Positions 39,091-52,165 are shown, counted from the stretch's first letter. The stretch is 64,000 nucleotides of DNA from Octopus sinensis (GCF_006345805.1 NC_042997.1:209622001-209686000), one strand, 5' to 3'. A program made the numbers and translations. The notes: a model not told the origin generated them from the sequence alone.

Positions 39091-39415
39091 CAAAGTGCTG
39101 TTACAGATGTCTCCTTTAATTTGGAATCACAGAAGTTGGCAGGTCAGCTTATTAGATGTATGGTAACAATAGACTAAAATTACGATAATCTAAGACAGAA
39201 CTGCCTCTCTCCTAAAAGAAAGTTCTTGAAACTCCTGAAATGAACCAGGTACATTTGTATTCACAAGTGTATGTATGCATGAATCTATATATAAATGTGT
39301 TCACACCCATGTTTATTTCCCACACATATCTAATTATCTCTTTCTGTCAGTCTCTCTCTCTATTTCCCTCTATATATATTCTGTCTGTCTGTTTGTCTCT
39401 ATATATCAGTATGAA

Positions 39416-39990
39416 GGGGTGGCAAGCTAGCAGAAATGTTAGCACGCCGAGCGAAATGCTTAGCGGTATTTTGACTATCGTTACATTCTGAGTTCAAATT
39501 CTACCGAGGTCGACTCAGCCTGTCATCCTTTCGGGGTTGATAAATTAAGTGCCAGTTACGCACTGGGGTCGATGTAATCGACTTAATTAGTTTGTCCCCT
39601 CTGTATGTAGCCCCTTGTGGGTAGTAAAGAAATGGGTATTTCGTCTGCCACTAAGTTCTGAGTTCAAATTCCGCCGAGGTTTACTTTGCCTTTCATCCTT
39701 TCAGGGTCAATTAAATAAGTACCAGTTACACACTGGGGTCGATATAATTGACTTAATCCGTTTGTCTGTCCCCTCTGTGTGTAGCCCCTTGTGGGTAGTA
39801 AAGAAATAAGTATTTCGTCTGCCGCTACGTTCTGAGTTCAAATTCCGCCGAGGTTTACTTTGCCATTCATCCTTTCAGGGTCGATTAAATAAGTACCAGT
39901 TACGCACTGGGGTCGATATAATTGACTTAATCCGTTTGTCTGTCCTTGTTTGTCCCCTCTGTGTTTAGCCCCTTGTGGGTAATAAAGAAA
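39416..39990 (+). mobile_element. SINE family B head-to-tail trimer
   Basis: Units at about 39416-39625, 39626-39807 and 39808-39990. Confidence 0.85.
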
Positions 39991-40042
39991 TATATATATA
40001 TCAGTATGTCTTTATCTTTCTATCTCTCTCTTTATATACTCT

Positions 40043-40081
<39 letters not shown>

Positions 40082-41966
40082 ACACACACTCACACCTCTC
40101 TCTCAGTCTATATCTGTCTTATTTTCTTTCTCTGTGCATGTACACACACACACACACACAAGTACACACACACACACACACACACACAAAAGTACACCTA
40201 ATAAAAATTGTGTTCGTTAAAATGACAGTAATTATCTCCATATTTACTCCACTCTCCCTCCAACCGCTCCCAATACCTCAATGGCTGAAATAACAGAAAA
40301 ATTAATATTTTAAAAGCAATCAGTCTCTTATTTCTTTAATTGAATCACTCTCTGCAATAAATAATCAAGTTTGTCTTCTCTTTTCAGTCATTAGTCAATA
40401 ATTCCTGTCAATTAGTTTCATTTTTCTTTAGTCATGGAAGCAATTTTGTTGTTTAGTTTCAGATCAACAGTGATCATACGTACCTATAATCAAAGACATT
40501 CCAGCTGTGACCATCATGTTTTTTTTTGTTTTTGTTTTATCTATTGTTACATGTCATAAATAAACTAAAAATATAGCAGAAGATACTTGCCCAAGTTGCC
40601 GCATAGTGGGACTGAACCTGAGACCACCTGGTTGAAAAGCAAGCTTCTTAACCACAGAGCCATGATTGTCTTCTTTATCCCCCTTTTTAAGATGATAGGT
40701 TTTGTGATATGAAAGGAAAAATTGAGGGCAGTGTTGACCTACAAAGGATCTACTCAACTTCTGCAAACATGGAAAAATCAATGTAAAAATGATGATGGTG
40801 GTTGTGATTGAGGTTGAGGTGAATAATATTTAAATTTAGGTCTCTGTTGCCCATTTTGTATATATATATATCTGCTGTGCTTGAGAAGACCCTGCAAGCC
40901 AAGTGAAATTATAGTCGTGGCCGATGCCAGTGTCACATAACTGGCCGATTTAAAAGTACCCTTCAATCATCAGTCAAATGCTGAAGTTGTGAAGGCCTGT
41001 TGAACCAAGTGAAATCGTAGTCCTGGCCGATGTTGGTGTCGCCTGACTGGCACCCGTGCCAGTGGCATGTTAAAAGCACCATTTGAGCATGACTAATGCA
41101 GTTGTTAACCCTTCAGCATTCAGATTATTTTATCGAATGTAATATTTTTTTTAAAAAACTGTCTGCAGTGCGTATCACTTCAGCTTACGAGAAAGGGATG
41201 GCCTCCCTTTGCAAATACCATAAGAGCACAGATAGTGTGCCTAAAGCCAGCTGGAGACGATGATCTCCTGGGGCTAAAAGCTACAGTAACAACCCCCCTC
41301 CCCTTTGTGGTTAGCCATATTGAGATGGCTATTATACTTTACAATATTTTTTTTATTCATATTGTTTTAAATTTACCCTGCAATTATCCAAAAAAGTATC
41401 CAGTACAGAGTGGGGCCATAGCTGAAAGAGGGGTGGTTGAAGTTTGAAAGAAGGAGCCAGAACGACAGGTTTCTTACTGTAGGTGGCACATATAAAGCAC
41501 CATTTGAGTGTAGTCATTGCCAGTGCCACCCGACTGGCTCCTGTGTCTGTGGAATGTAAAAAGCACCCACTACACTCTTGGAGTGGTTGGCATTAGGAAG
41601 GGCATCCAGCTGTAGAAACTTTGCCAGATCAGATTGGAGCCTGGTGTAGCCTCCTGGTTCACCAGCCCTCAGTCAAATCATCCAACCCAAACCAGCATGG
41701 AAAGCGGACATTAAATGATGATGATTAATGTTTTTAATAACCACCTGAGTCCACCCCCTGCTTTATAATGCAAACTTCTTGTTCTAAAATGATCTAAATT
41801 AAAACTGTGTTTCATCAGAATTTGTTCATTTGTCTTCCAGACACCAGCTTTAATAACGACAAAGTTATTTTATTAAAGTCTTCGTTATCTTGAAAATTAA
41901 TTAATAGAAAGGCAACAGCAACCATGGTGACAAAATAGTTAAAATGTTGTTATATTCCTCTTACAG

Positions 41967-42129
41967 AGACATGACAGTCACATGTAACCAGCTGGTGCAG
42001 GAATTCATGTCTGGAATTCTTCGGATTACCAATGATGCTAATGAAGATGATGTGGAAGAATTACAGAATTACCTCCTCAAAGGTCAAGGGGTCTATTTGC
42101 TAAAGGTCATTCACAAAATTGGAGTAAAG
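41967..42129 (+). CDS. Internal coding exon of an unidentified gene (DMTVTCNQLVQEFMSGILRITNDANEDDVEELQNYLLKGQGVYLLKVIHKIGVK)
   Basis: Acceptor tatattcctcttacag, donor AAG|gtaagt, 163 nt of open frame (phase 2 to 0), non-repetitive, protein-like composition. Confidence 0.75.
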
Positions 42130-43099
42130 GTAAGTTGTTTTTAATTTGTTTCACTCGTGCCATGTAAAAAGCAAAGGTGATGGTGTCGCATAAACGGCAT
42201 CCAGTACAGAGCGGGGCCAAAGCTGAAAGGGGCCGGTGGTTGAAGTTTGAAAGAAGGGGCCAGAACAACAGCTTTCTTACTGTAGGAGAGCTACATGGTT
42301 ATGCATGTTACAAAAGGGAGGGTAGGAGTGGCCAGGAGAGTATGGGGAGAGAGAGAGAGAGATTGTTAGAGATAGGGAATGGTTAAGAGGGTAAATATAG
42401 TGAAGAACAAGTATTGAAAAAGAGGATAAGTAGAGAAAAAGGAAGAGTAGTGGATAACTGCAGGGGTCCAGTAGGGTTGAGGGACAAGTATTTGTTGTGT
42501 TACATTCTTTGTTTCCACTAAATCTCATGGAATAGGTTCTGTAATCCTATCCGACATGATGTTAATCTGCCAAACCAAGAACACAAACAGCATTTTATAA
42601 CTTCAGTATTTAATCTTTCGTCCCCAGTTTTTAATTTTGTGACTTTTTATATGTTTGCAGCTCATCGTTCCTCTCTACCAGTGATTCCCAACCCTTTTAT
42701 TTAAATGAGTTTTCTCATGCACCCCTTTTAATATGCTTTTCCTTATGTGTGTGTGTGTGTGTGTTTGGGGTTACTCTAATGCCTCCTACACTGTCCAACC
42801 GATTTTAATGATTTTTGGCACATAGGTGCATCACATGTCCTGAAGTTCAAATAAGGCTGGAATTTTTCAAAAACTCAATAATGTTCAGTTGGCATCGATT
42901 TTTATGAGCTCAATCGGGTATTTGAATGGAAGTTCCCATAATGATGCTATTTATCCTGTAGCTTTTGCATTTTTTTCATGTGTAAAATTTCAACAAAATC
43001 GATAGAATAGTCTCTAAGGAAAAGCTTATTCAATACAAGGTCAGAGGTGGGCTTAACTTCAACATGGAAAACACTAGCAATACTGGGTCCAACAGCTAG

Positions 43100-43146
<47 letters not shown>

Positions 43147-43149
43147 TGT

Positions 43150-43326
43150 GTGAGAAAGTGCCAATCCCTAGCAGTTGAGGGAACCCGTGGAAGAGGTAGA
43201 CCCAGGAAAACCTGGGACGAGGTGGTGAAGCACGACCTTCGAACTTTAGGCCTCACTGAGGAAATGACCAGAGACCGAGACCTTTGGAAATATTCTGTAC
43301 GTGAGAAGACCAGGCAGGACAAGTGA
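43150..43326 (+). pseudogene. C-terminal end of an RTE-clade LINE ORF
   Basis: VRKCQSLAVEGTRGRGRPRKTWDEVVKHDLRTLGLTEEMTRDRDLWKYSVREKTRQDK*, with the RGRPR..W motif. The 3' UTR runs on to the (GAT)n tail at about 44145. Confidence 0.85.
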
Positions 43327-44176
43327 GCCCAGCCCACTTATGATGCCTTTCCTCCCTTGGACACAAAGACCGGTTGAGGCAAGCGAAGTCGATATAGAAC
43401 CTCATCCGACGACACCCATCCCAACCCCCCATGCTTGCGAAGACATGTTGGGGCAAGCGAAATCGAAATCGAAATCGAAACCGAATTGAACCAGCCAGGA
43501 TCCCTGGCCTGGTGGTACGTAAAAAGCACTATCCGACTCGGGGCCGTGGCACGTAAAATACTCCAATGCGACCATACGACAGGCACCCATGCCAACCCCC
43601 TTGCTTGTGAAGACATGTTGGGGCAAGCGAAATCGAAATCGAATTGAACCAGCCAGGATCCCTGGTCTGGTGGTACGTAAAAAGCACTACCCGACTCGTG
43701 GCCGTGGCACGTAAAATACTCCAATGCGACCGTACGACAGGCACCCTTGCCAACCCCCTTTGCTTGTGAAGACATGTTGGGGCAAGCGAAATCGAAATCG
43801 AATTGAACCAGCCAGGATCCCTGGTCTGGTGGTACGTAAAAAGCTCTATCCGACTCGTGGCCGATGCCAGCACCGCCTCGACTGGCTTCCGTGCCGGTGG
43901 CACATAAAATACACCAATCTGACCGTGGCCGTTGCCAGCCCCGCCTGGCACCTGTGCAGGTGGCACGTAAAAAGCACCCACTACACTCACGGAGTGGTTG
44001 GCGTTAGGAAGGGCATCCAGCTGTAGAAACATTGCCAAATTAGACTGGAGCCTGGTGCAGCCTTCTGGCTTCCCAGAACCCCGGTCGAACCGTCCAACCC
44101 ATGCTAGCATGGAGAACGGACGTTAAACGACGATGATGATGATGATATATATTATTATTATTTTTATTTTTATTTT

Positions 44177-44770
44177 ATAATGAGGGTACTACTATTAGTA
44201 GATACCAACACGCTAAGAGGGACCAATGCGGTCAAAACTACTAAAATAAACAAAATATTACCGAATGCAAAACTTCAAAACACATCATTTTAAAAAAGAA
44301 TTCAGTTACATATCACATGTGATTTCGCATTTAATGCAGAATATGCATTTCATGTTCATCAGTGCAACAAACTCAAGAAATATAAGAGAAAACATAACAT
44401 TACAAGCTCGATAGCCAACCGTAGAATTCGTCGTAGCATGTACGAATGTTTATCTTTACATATCTATGAAAATGGCGGGCTTATTCGCAATGCATTTCGG
44501 TAACAAATTGTCTAGTCGGAATAAAAATTCAGTATTGAACTATTCCGGTGAAAAATATAAATTAACAATTGAGGATAAAATCTTTAAAAGAAATTATCAG
44601 TAGTCCTGCATTAAATGCGAAATCACATGTGATATGTAACTGAATTCCTTTTTAAAATGATGTGTTTTGAAGTTTTGCATTCGGTAATATTTTGTTTATT
44701 TTAGTAGTTTTGACCGCATTGGTCCCTCTTAGCGTGTTGGTATCTACTAATAGTAGTACCCTCATTATAA
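44177..44770. mobile_element. PLE-like foldback, family F6
   Basis: Arms at about 44177-44340 / 44606-44770, plus a further inverted pair at about 44560-44605 / 44836-44880. Confidence 0.75.
44305..44368 (-). ncRNA. Type I hammerhead ribozyme motif, family F6
   Basis: GTTGCA-CTGATGA-ACAT...ATGC-GAAA-TCACATGTGA-TA-TGTAAC. Stem I is 6 bp, stem III is the 12-nt palindrome ATCACATGTGAT, and the triplet is AUA. Confidence 0.75.
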
Positions 44771-44875
44771 TATAAATGAATATTTTCAAAGAGGAAGAAT
44801 TTACGGATTCTTTCTCTTACGAGATTTTTCACGCTGACTACTGATAATTTCTTTTAAAGATTTTATCCTCAATTG

Positions 44876-44917
<42 letters not shown>

Positions 44918-44919
44918 AT

Positions 44920-45232
44920 ACAAGATAAGAAAATGGAGAAATACATCTAAATCAAATATCAATTACCAGATAATACTCAATCACATACTTTATTAAACCA
45001 CCACATAACAGACTGTATATTCTCTTTTTTATATATATTCTACTTATTATACAACATTACTCTTTTATGTACACTTTTTTATGTACATTCCTTTATGTAC
45101 ACTGATTTGTTCTGCATTTTTATGTTTAACCCTACAGTCTCTTATGTGGTGGTTTAATAAAGTATGTGATTGAGTATTATCTGGTAATTGATATTTGATT
45201 TAGATGTATTTCTCCATTTTCTTATCTTGTAT
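44920..45232. repeat. Inverted repeat with arms of about 100 bp, next to a (TA)n tract
   Basis: 44920-45020 is the reverse complement of about 45133-45232. Confidence 0.85.
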
Positions 45233-45403
45233 TAGTAATTTGTGGTAAATCATTTTACCTTTGCTCATATAATGCAGTAAATGAATTGATTGCATCGCAA
45301 TCATTAACATTTATGTATTAACTTTGTTAGGTTCTTCACTAGCAGTATATTGGATATACGTTATCCCATGGAGGGTTGCATTTACAACCCCTATCTCAAT
45401 TTT

Positions 45404-45434
<31 letters not shown>

Positions 45435-46472
45435 TTTTGAATTTAGTTCACGGACACCCAGTATATCTTTGTGGACCACCAGGGGTCCATGGACCCCAGG
45501 TTGGGAACCACTGTTCTATGCTATTAACCTCAAAAGTGGCACAAAGCCATACCCCTCAATACTACATGTGTATACATGCATGTATGTATATATAAAGATG
45601 TGTATATGTATGCATGTATGTATGTACATCATCGTCGTTTAACGTCCGTTCTCCATGCTAGCATGGGTTGGACGGTTCGACCGGGGTTCTGGGAAGCCAG
45701 AAGGCTGCACCAGGCTCCAGTCTAATTTGGCAATGTTTCTACAGCTGGATGCCCTTCCTAACGCCAACCACTCCGTGAGTGTAGTGGGTGCTTTTTACGT
45801 GCCACCTGCACAGGTGCCAGGCGGGGCTGGCAACGGCCACGGTCAGATTGGTGTATTTTATGTGCCACTGGCACGGAAGCCAGTCGAGGCGGTGCTGGCA
45901 TCGGCCACGAGTCGGATAGTGCTTTTTACGTACCACCAGACCAGGGATCCTGGCTGGTTCAATTCGATTTCGATTTCGCTTGCCCCAACATGTCTTCACA
46001 AGCAAAGGGGGTTGGCAAGGGTGCCTGTCGTACGGTCGCATTGGAGTATTTTACGTGCCACGGCCACGAGTCGGATAGTGCTTTTTACGTACCACCAGAC
46101 CAGGGATCCTGGCTGGTTCAATTCGATTTCGATTTTGCTTGCCCCAACATGTCTTCACAAGCAAAGGGGGTTGGCATGGGTGCCTGTCGTACGGTCGCAT
46201 TGGAGTATTTTACGTGCCACGGCCACGAGTCGGATAGTGCTTTTTACGTACCACCAGGCCAGGGATCCTGGCTGGTTCAATTCGGTTTCGATTTCGATTT
46301 CGATTTCGCTTGCCCCAACATGTCTTCGCAAGCATGGGGGGTTGGCATGGGTGTCTGTCGTCGGATGAGGTTCTATATCGACTTCGCTTGCCTCAACCGG
46401 TCTTTGTATATATATATATGTGGAAAAAAAGTCAAGGTACAAAATGCTAAAATAATTTTATAAAAAGCATTT

Positions 46473-46508
46473 CAGTACCGGTTTCAGTCATTGAGACTTT
46501 TTCAACTG
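46473..46508 (-). ncRNA. Minimal type I hammerhead motif with a U3/A8 core (family F7), inside an inverted repeat at about 46421-46630
   Basis: CAG-TTGAAAA-AGTC tcaat GACT-GAAA-CCGG-TA-CTG. All three stems pair perfectly; stem III is ACCGGT. Confidence 0.6.
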
Positions 46509-46738
46509 TAACAATTAAATAATTAAATTTAGAAAAATTAAAAGAAAAGTTTTTCAAAAAAAATATTTGTATAGTGTTCAAATGTTTTTTATAAAATTAT
46601 TTTAGCATTTTCTATCTTGACTTATTTCCATATATATCAACTCGTGTGTTCTTTTTCATCCTTCTACATATATATATATATTCATACATATATATAAGTG
46701 TGTGTGTGTGTATATATATATACTCATACATATATATA

Positions 46739-46772
<34 letters not shown>

Positions 46773-49622
46773 CACACACACACATATATATATACACACA
46801 TATATACATATATGTATGCATATATATATTTTGGTGCGAATGGTTTTGTTATACAACGGCATAATTTACAATCCTGTAAATAATAATAATGGTATTTTTA
46901 TATAAGCTTACAGCTTATGGGGATCACCGTGCAATGATTAAGGAAAATAGTCTAATAATGGGGCATGTAAGCCTCGACAGAAAAAAGAAGACTTATGCCT
47001 CGATATATGAGTTAATTCATTCCCAGTGAATGCCTGTAAAGGGAAAACTCAATCAAAGAATAAAGCTTGTAAAAACTCATAAACCCAGGGTCTCATTAAT
47101 TGGGTCCTTATAAAGTGAGTATTACTGTGTATATATATATATATATATATATGCCAGGGGTGTAACCAGCCCACTTTTGCGTACCTTTCCTTCATTGGAC
47201 AGTAAACTCTGTTTGCGAAGGCCTGTTGAGTCAAGTGAAATTGAAATCAAATTTGATGACTGGCATCCGTGCTAGTGGAGCACGAAGAGTACCATATGAG
47301 CGTGATCGTTGCCAGAGCAACAAGCTGGCCTCCATGCTGGTGGCACAGAAAAAACACCATTCGAGTGTGATTGTTACCTGCATCACCTAACTGGCACTTG
47401 TGCTGGTGGCACGTGAAAAAACATTCGAGCGAGGTCGTTGCCAGTGCCGCTGGACTGGTTCCTGTGCAGGTGGCACATAAAAAGCACCATTCGAGCATGG
47501 CTGTTGCCAGTACCGCCTAACTGGTCCTTGTGCCGGTGGCACGTAAAAGCACCCACTACACTCTCGGAGTGGTTGGCGTTAGGAAGGGTCTCCAGCTGTA
47601 GAAACTCTGCCAGATCAGATTGGAGTCTGGTGCAGCCTCCTGGCTTGCCAGTTCTCAGTCAAATCGTCCAACCCATGCTAGCATGGAAAGTGGATGTTAA
47701 GCAATGATGATGATGATGATGAGATATATATATATACACATATATATCTGGTGCTCCATTTAGATTATTTTCTGTTTGTGAATGCAGCAATCTTATTAAG
47801 GTGTAATATTATAAAGTCGACAATTTCCTGGCATCATTAGACACTGCTGATTGGGAAACTAGTACATTAGCACCTTTCTCCCTCCATTTCTAAGTGATGG
47901 TCATCAAATTAGTTCAATACCCATCTGATTGATATCTATCAATTAGTAGATATTTGACTTCAATCAAAGTCACTTTAGATACTTACTGTCGACACTAATC
48001 TGTTCAGCTTATGCTGTCCAAGTTATTTACATAACGAGCGCATTGTATTTTAATTGCTTTTTAATTAGAAGCACTGAGGCGATTACCATTTTCTTCTCAA
48101 TGCTTGGAATTTTAAACATTCTTCATGCTTACAAATTAAAGCGATTCTCTGTTTGTCTCTAGACTCTGTGTGCTCAGTCACTCAGCCATGCTGTGGGGGG
48201 GGGGGGTAAGAAGTTTTGCTTCACAATCACCTGGTTCTAGGTTCAGTCTCATTGCATGGCACCTTGGGAAATCATCTATTACAGCCCCAGGCTGACCAAT
48301 GCCTTGTGAGTGAATTTGGTAGACAAGATGTGTGGAAGCTTGTCACTCATCATCATCATCATCATCATCTTTTTTAATATTCGTTTTTCTTAAGGTGGCA
48401 AGCTGGCAGAGTTATTTGGATGCTGGGAAAGATACTTGGTGGTATGTTGTCTGTCTTGAGGTTCTAAGTTCAAATTCCATTGCGATTGACTTTGCTTTCA
48501 TCATCATCATCATCGTTGTTTAACGTCCGCTTTCCATGCTAGCATGGTTGGACGATTTTGACTGAGGGCTGGCGAACCAGATGGCTGCACCAGGTTCTAA
48601 TCTTGATCTGGGAGAGTTTCTACAGCTGAATGCCCTTCTTCACACCATCCACTCCGAGAATGCAGTGGGTGCTTTTTATGTGCCACCAGCACGGGGGCCA
48701 GTCAGGCGGTACTAGCAACCACCTCACTCGCTCGAATTCTTTTACACATGCCACCAGCACAGGTGCCAGTAAGGCGATGCTGATAACGATCACGCTCGAA
48801 TGGTGCCCTTTTACGTGCCACTGGCAAGGAAGCCGGTTAACCGCTCTGTCAATGATCATGCTCTTATGGTGCTCTTTGCACCCTGCTAGCACGGTTTCCT
48901 CCTTTCAAAGTTGATAAAATAATCCCCAGTATAGCGCAGGAGTGGCTGTGTGGTAAGAAGCTTGCTTCCCAACCATATGATTCCAGGTTCAGTCCCACTG
49001 CGTGACACCTTGGGCAAGTGTCCTCTACCACAGCCTCGGGCTGACTAAAGCCTTGTAAGTGGATTTGATTGTGTGTGTGTCTGTGTTTGTCCCTCCACCA
49101 TCACTTGACAACCGGTGTTGGTATATTTACATCCCCGAAACTTAGCTGTTCAGCAAAAGAGACTGATAGAATAAGTACTAATCTTACAAAGAATAAGTTC
49201 TGGGGTCGATTTCTTTGACTGAAGGTGGTGCTCCAGCATGGCCGCTGTCAAATGACTGAAACAAGTAAAAGAATAAAAGAACACTGGGGTCATTGTAATT
49301 GACTTACTCCCCTTTTCCCCCCAAAATTGCTGGCCTTGTGCCAAGATTTTGATCCACTATTTGCTTTCCTTTCTGGCACGGCATGAACTGATTTAGACCA
49401 TGCTGAGGGTTTTTCCTTACTCTCTGACAGAATATCAAACCCCACCTGATTGCTTCGTAGTCTAGAATTAGCTGCACATGATGCTGGACTGCTTGTTAAT
49501 CCTAGTAAAACCAAGATCATTGCTCACAGTCAACAAGTGTCCTTCACCAACATCAGCAGAGAACCCCATCAATGAAGTGGCTGGTATCTATCGTGAAGTT
49601 GATAGATGGATGCAGTGTGGTG

Positions 49623-50723
49623 AGGAACAAACTATATGATGAAATAGGGAAAGTCTTGGAACACGACTTCAGAGAAGATGTCAAGAAAACATGGAAACGC
49701 TACCTTGATGACTGCTTCATCTTTTGGAACAGATCAGAAGAAGACCTACAAACATTCCACAACATCCTCAACCCATCTATCAACTTCATGATAGATACCA
49801 GCTACAACGAACTTCCCTTCCTAGACATCAACATCAAAATACACAACTCCATCGTCACAACAGACATCCACTACAAAATAAACGACACACATCAATACTT
49901 AAATTTCCACTCCTGCCACCCATCCCACACAAAAAGAAACATCCCATATAGTATGGCACGACGAATATGTAGCATAGTAACTGATTCACAAATACGATTA
50001 ATAAGACTAGATGAACTCAAAAGCTTCCTCCTAGAGCAAAAATACCCCCTTAAACTAATAGAAAATGGAATCACAAGAGCATTAAAACTAGACATCACAC
50101 AACTCAGGACACCCAAAACAAAAAACAAAGAAAACACTATCCCTTTTATAAACACACACAACCCTGGAGTTACCAACATGTTTCAAATCATACATTCAAA
50201 CCTACCAATAGTCCTACAAAGCCCCAAAATAGGAAACATATTAAACAAATATTGCATAAAAAACAGTAAACGCCAAGACAAAAACCTGAAGAAACAACTA
50301 ACAAGAGCGAAATTCTCATCAGAAATTAAAACCGAATTCTTTGTAAAAGAGTGCGGTAACCCCACCTACAAATATATAGAGGGAGACAAACAAATAAAAT
50401 TTAAGAGTGATCACATATTCAAAGTAAATGTAGACATGAACTGCAAGATGCAGAACGTAATATACTGCATAACCTGCCCCACATACAAGAAGGATTACAT
50501 AGGTGAAACTGGAAATTCTTTATGCCAATGAGCCAGAATTCATCAACAACATGTCTGATAGGAAGAACTGCGAAAGATTCCACTGAGTAAACACCTAGAT
50601 ACGTATGTAGAAGGAAAATTTAAGATCTTTCCCTTCTACAAATGTCCAAAGAATGACACCTACTTCAGGGGAAATATGGGAAAATACTTCATAACAAAGT
50701 TCTCCCCCAAATTGAATGGCTGA
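49623..50723 (+). pseudogene. Penelope-like element ORF, 5'-truncated: RT palm/thumb plus GIY-YIG endonuclease
   Basis: RYLDDCFIFW, LPFLDI, HQYLNFHSCHPSHTKRNIPYSMARR, NVIYCITC...YIGETG. In-frame stops follow 50531. Confidence 0.93.
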
Positions 50724-50783
50724 AAATATTTCTATAATAATTTGTACTAAATGAAGGACCAATTTTGTAAAGTAAATTGTATT

Positions 50784-50823
<40 letters not shown>

Positions 50824-51137
50824 CTACACATATGTACATATACATAAATAAAAATAATCTTTCATCCAGATTCTCCAACCCATGTCAGCACAGGAATCAA
50901 ACATTGGATTGAAAGAACTGAATAGTGGAATAAATGTCAACACAATTATTTCTTCTTCCTCTCTTTCTTCCCTTCTCCATTGACACCCCTTTCAGATATA
51001 CGGGCATCCCCCCCACACACACGTGTGCTCTCTCTCACTTTCTCCCCATTCCTCACCCTCTTGTACTATCTTATATCTCCCTCCACCCCTACACACTCAG
51101 TAATACTATAAAAAGAGACAAAATTCCTGCAAAAGTT

Positions 51138-51179
51138 CAATTTGACAACTCCACTAGAGTGGACGAAAGCGCTAATATG
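51138..51179 (+). ncRNA. Degenerate hammerhead in the 3' pLTR of the Penelope-like element (family F8)
   Basis: AT-TTGACAA-CTCCAC taga GTGGAC-GAAA-GCGC-TA-ATATG. Stem III is AGCGCT; the motif lies about 420 nt downstream of the ORF end, on the same strand. Confidence 0.6.
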
Positions 51180-51277
51180 TAATATATGATGTATAAAAAC
51201 ATGTAACATACAAATAAATCTCTATATCTGTAAATATAAAACCATCCGGATTTCTGAGTACCTCATTTCTTCTAATA

Positions 51278-51319
<42 letters not shown>

Positions 51320-51780
51320 TATATATATTCTTTTACATTTTTTCTTGTTTCAGTCATATGACTGTGGCCATACTGGAGCACCACCTTTAGTCAAGTAAAT
51401 CACCCCCAGGACTTATTCTTTGTAAGCCTAGTACTTATTCTATCGGTCTCTTTTGGTGAACCGCTAAGTTACGGGGACGTAAACACATCAGCATCTGTTG
51501 TCAAGCGATTTTGGGGGAACAAACACAGACCCACACACATGCATATGCATACATACACATATATACGATGGGCTTCTTTCAGTTTCCATCTACCAAATCC
51601 ACTCACAAGGCTTTGATTGGCCCAAGTCTATAGTAGAAGACACTTGCCCAAGGTGCCACGCAGTGGGACTGAACCCGGAAACATATGGTTGGTAAACAAG
51701 CTACTTACCACACAGCCACTCCTGCGCCTACATATGTATATATATTATGTATACATAATATGTACAATATATATATATAT

Positions 51781-51821
<41 letters not shown>

Positions 51822-52133
51822 TATATACATACACACACACACACACATATATATATATATGTATATATATAATATATATAGTATATATATGATATGTATA
51901 TATTTATAAATATGTATATATATAATATATATTATATATATATAATGTATATATTTATATATTTATCTTTATGTATGTATATGGTAACATCATGAAACAT
52001 TAACTTAATGACGGGGCTTCTACATGGATGTTCAGCATAATAGCAGCCAAACGTCCCTCAGATTACAAAATATTTTAGTCAAGGGGGACATTAAGATAAA
52101 CGCCTTCTCTTTCTTACTCTTCCTCCCTCCCTT

Positions 52134-52139
<6 letters not shown>

Positions 52140-52165
<26 letters not shown>

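Larger units (their letters stand above)
43363..46407. repeat. Near-identical inverted pair of about 780 bp (RTE 3' UTR copies at 43363-44138 and 45627-46407)
   Basis: The two copies share private variants (aattagactggag, ggagaacgg) and the same module array; few substitutions are visible. Confidence 0.9.

Noticed and set aside
41180-41225. AAAGGGA/TCCCTTT hairpin with a hammerhead-like context (a similar relic lies at about 52010-52060)
   Set aside because: Core nucleotides are missing; at most a heavily decayed relic.
43529-46463. 193-237 aa ORFs (MLAWVGRFDRGSG...)
   Set aside because: Antisense readings of GC-rich RTE 3' UTR modules that recur in every copy.
48153-48205. Strong acceptor and donor pair giving a phase 0-to-1 exon that would bridge 42129 and 53999
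   Set aside because: It ends in a 12-G homopolymer, which is more typical of non-coding sequence; unsupported.
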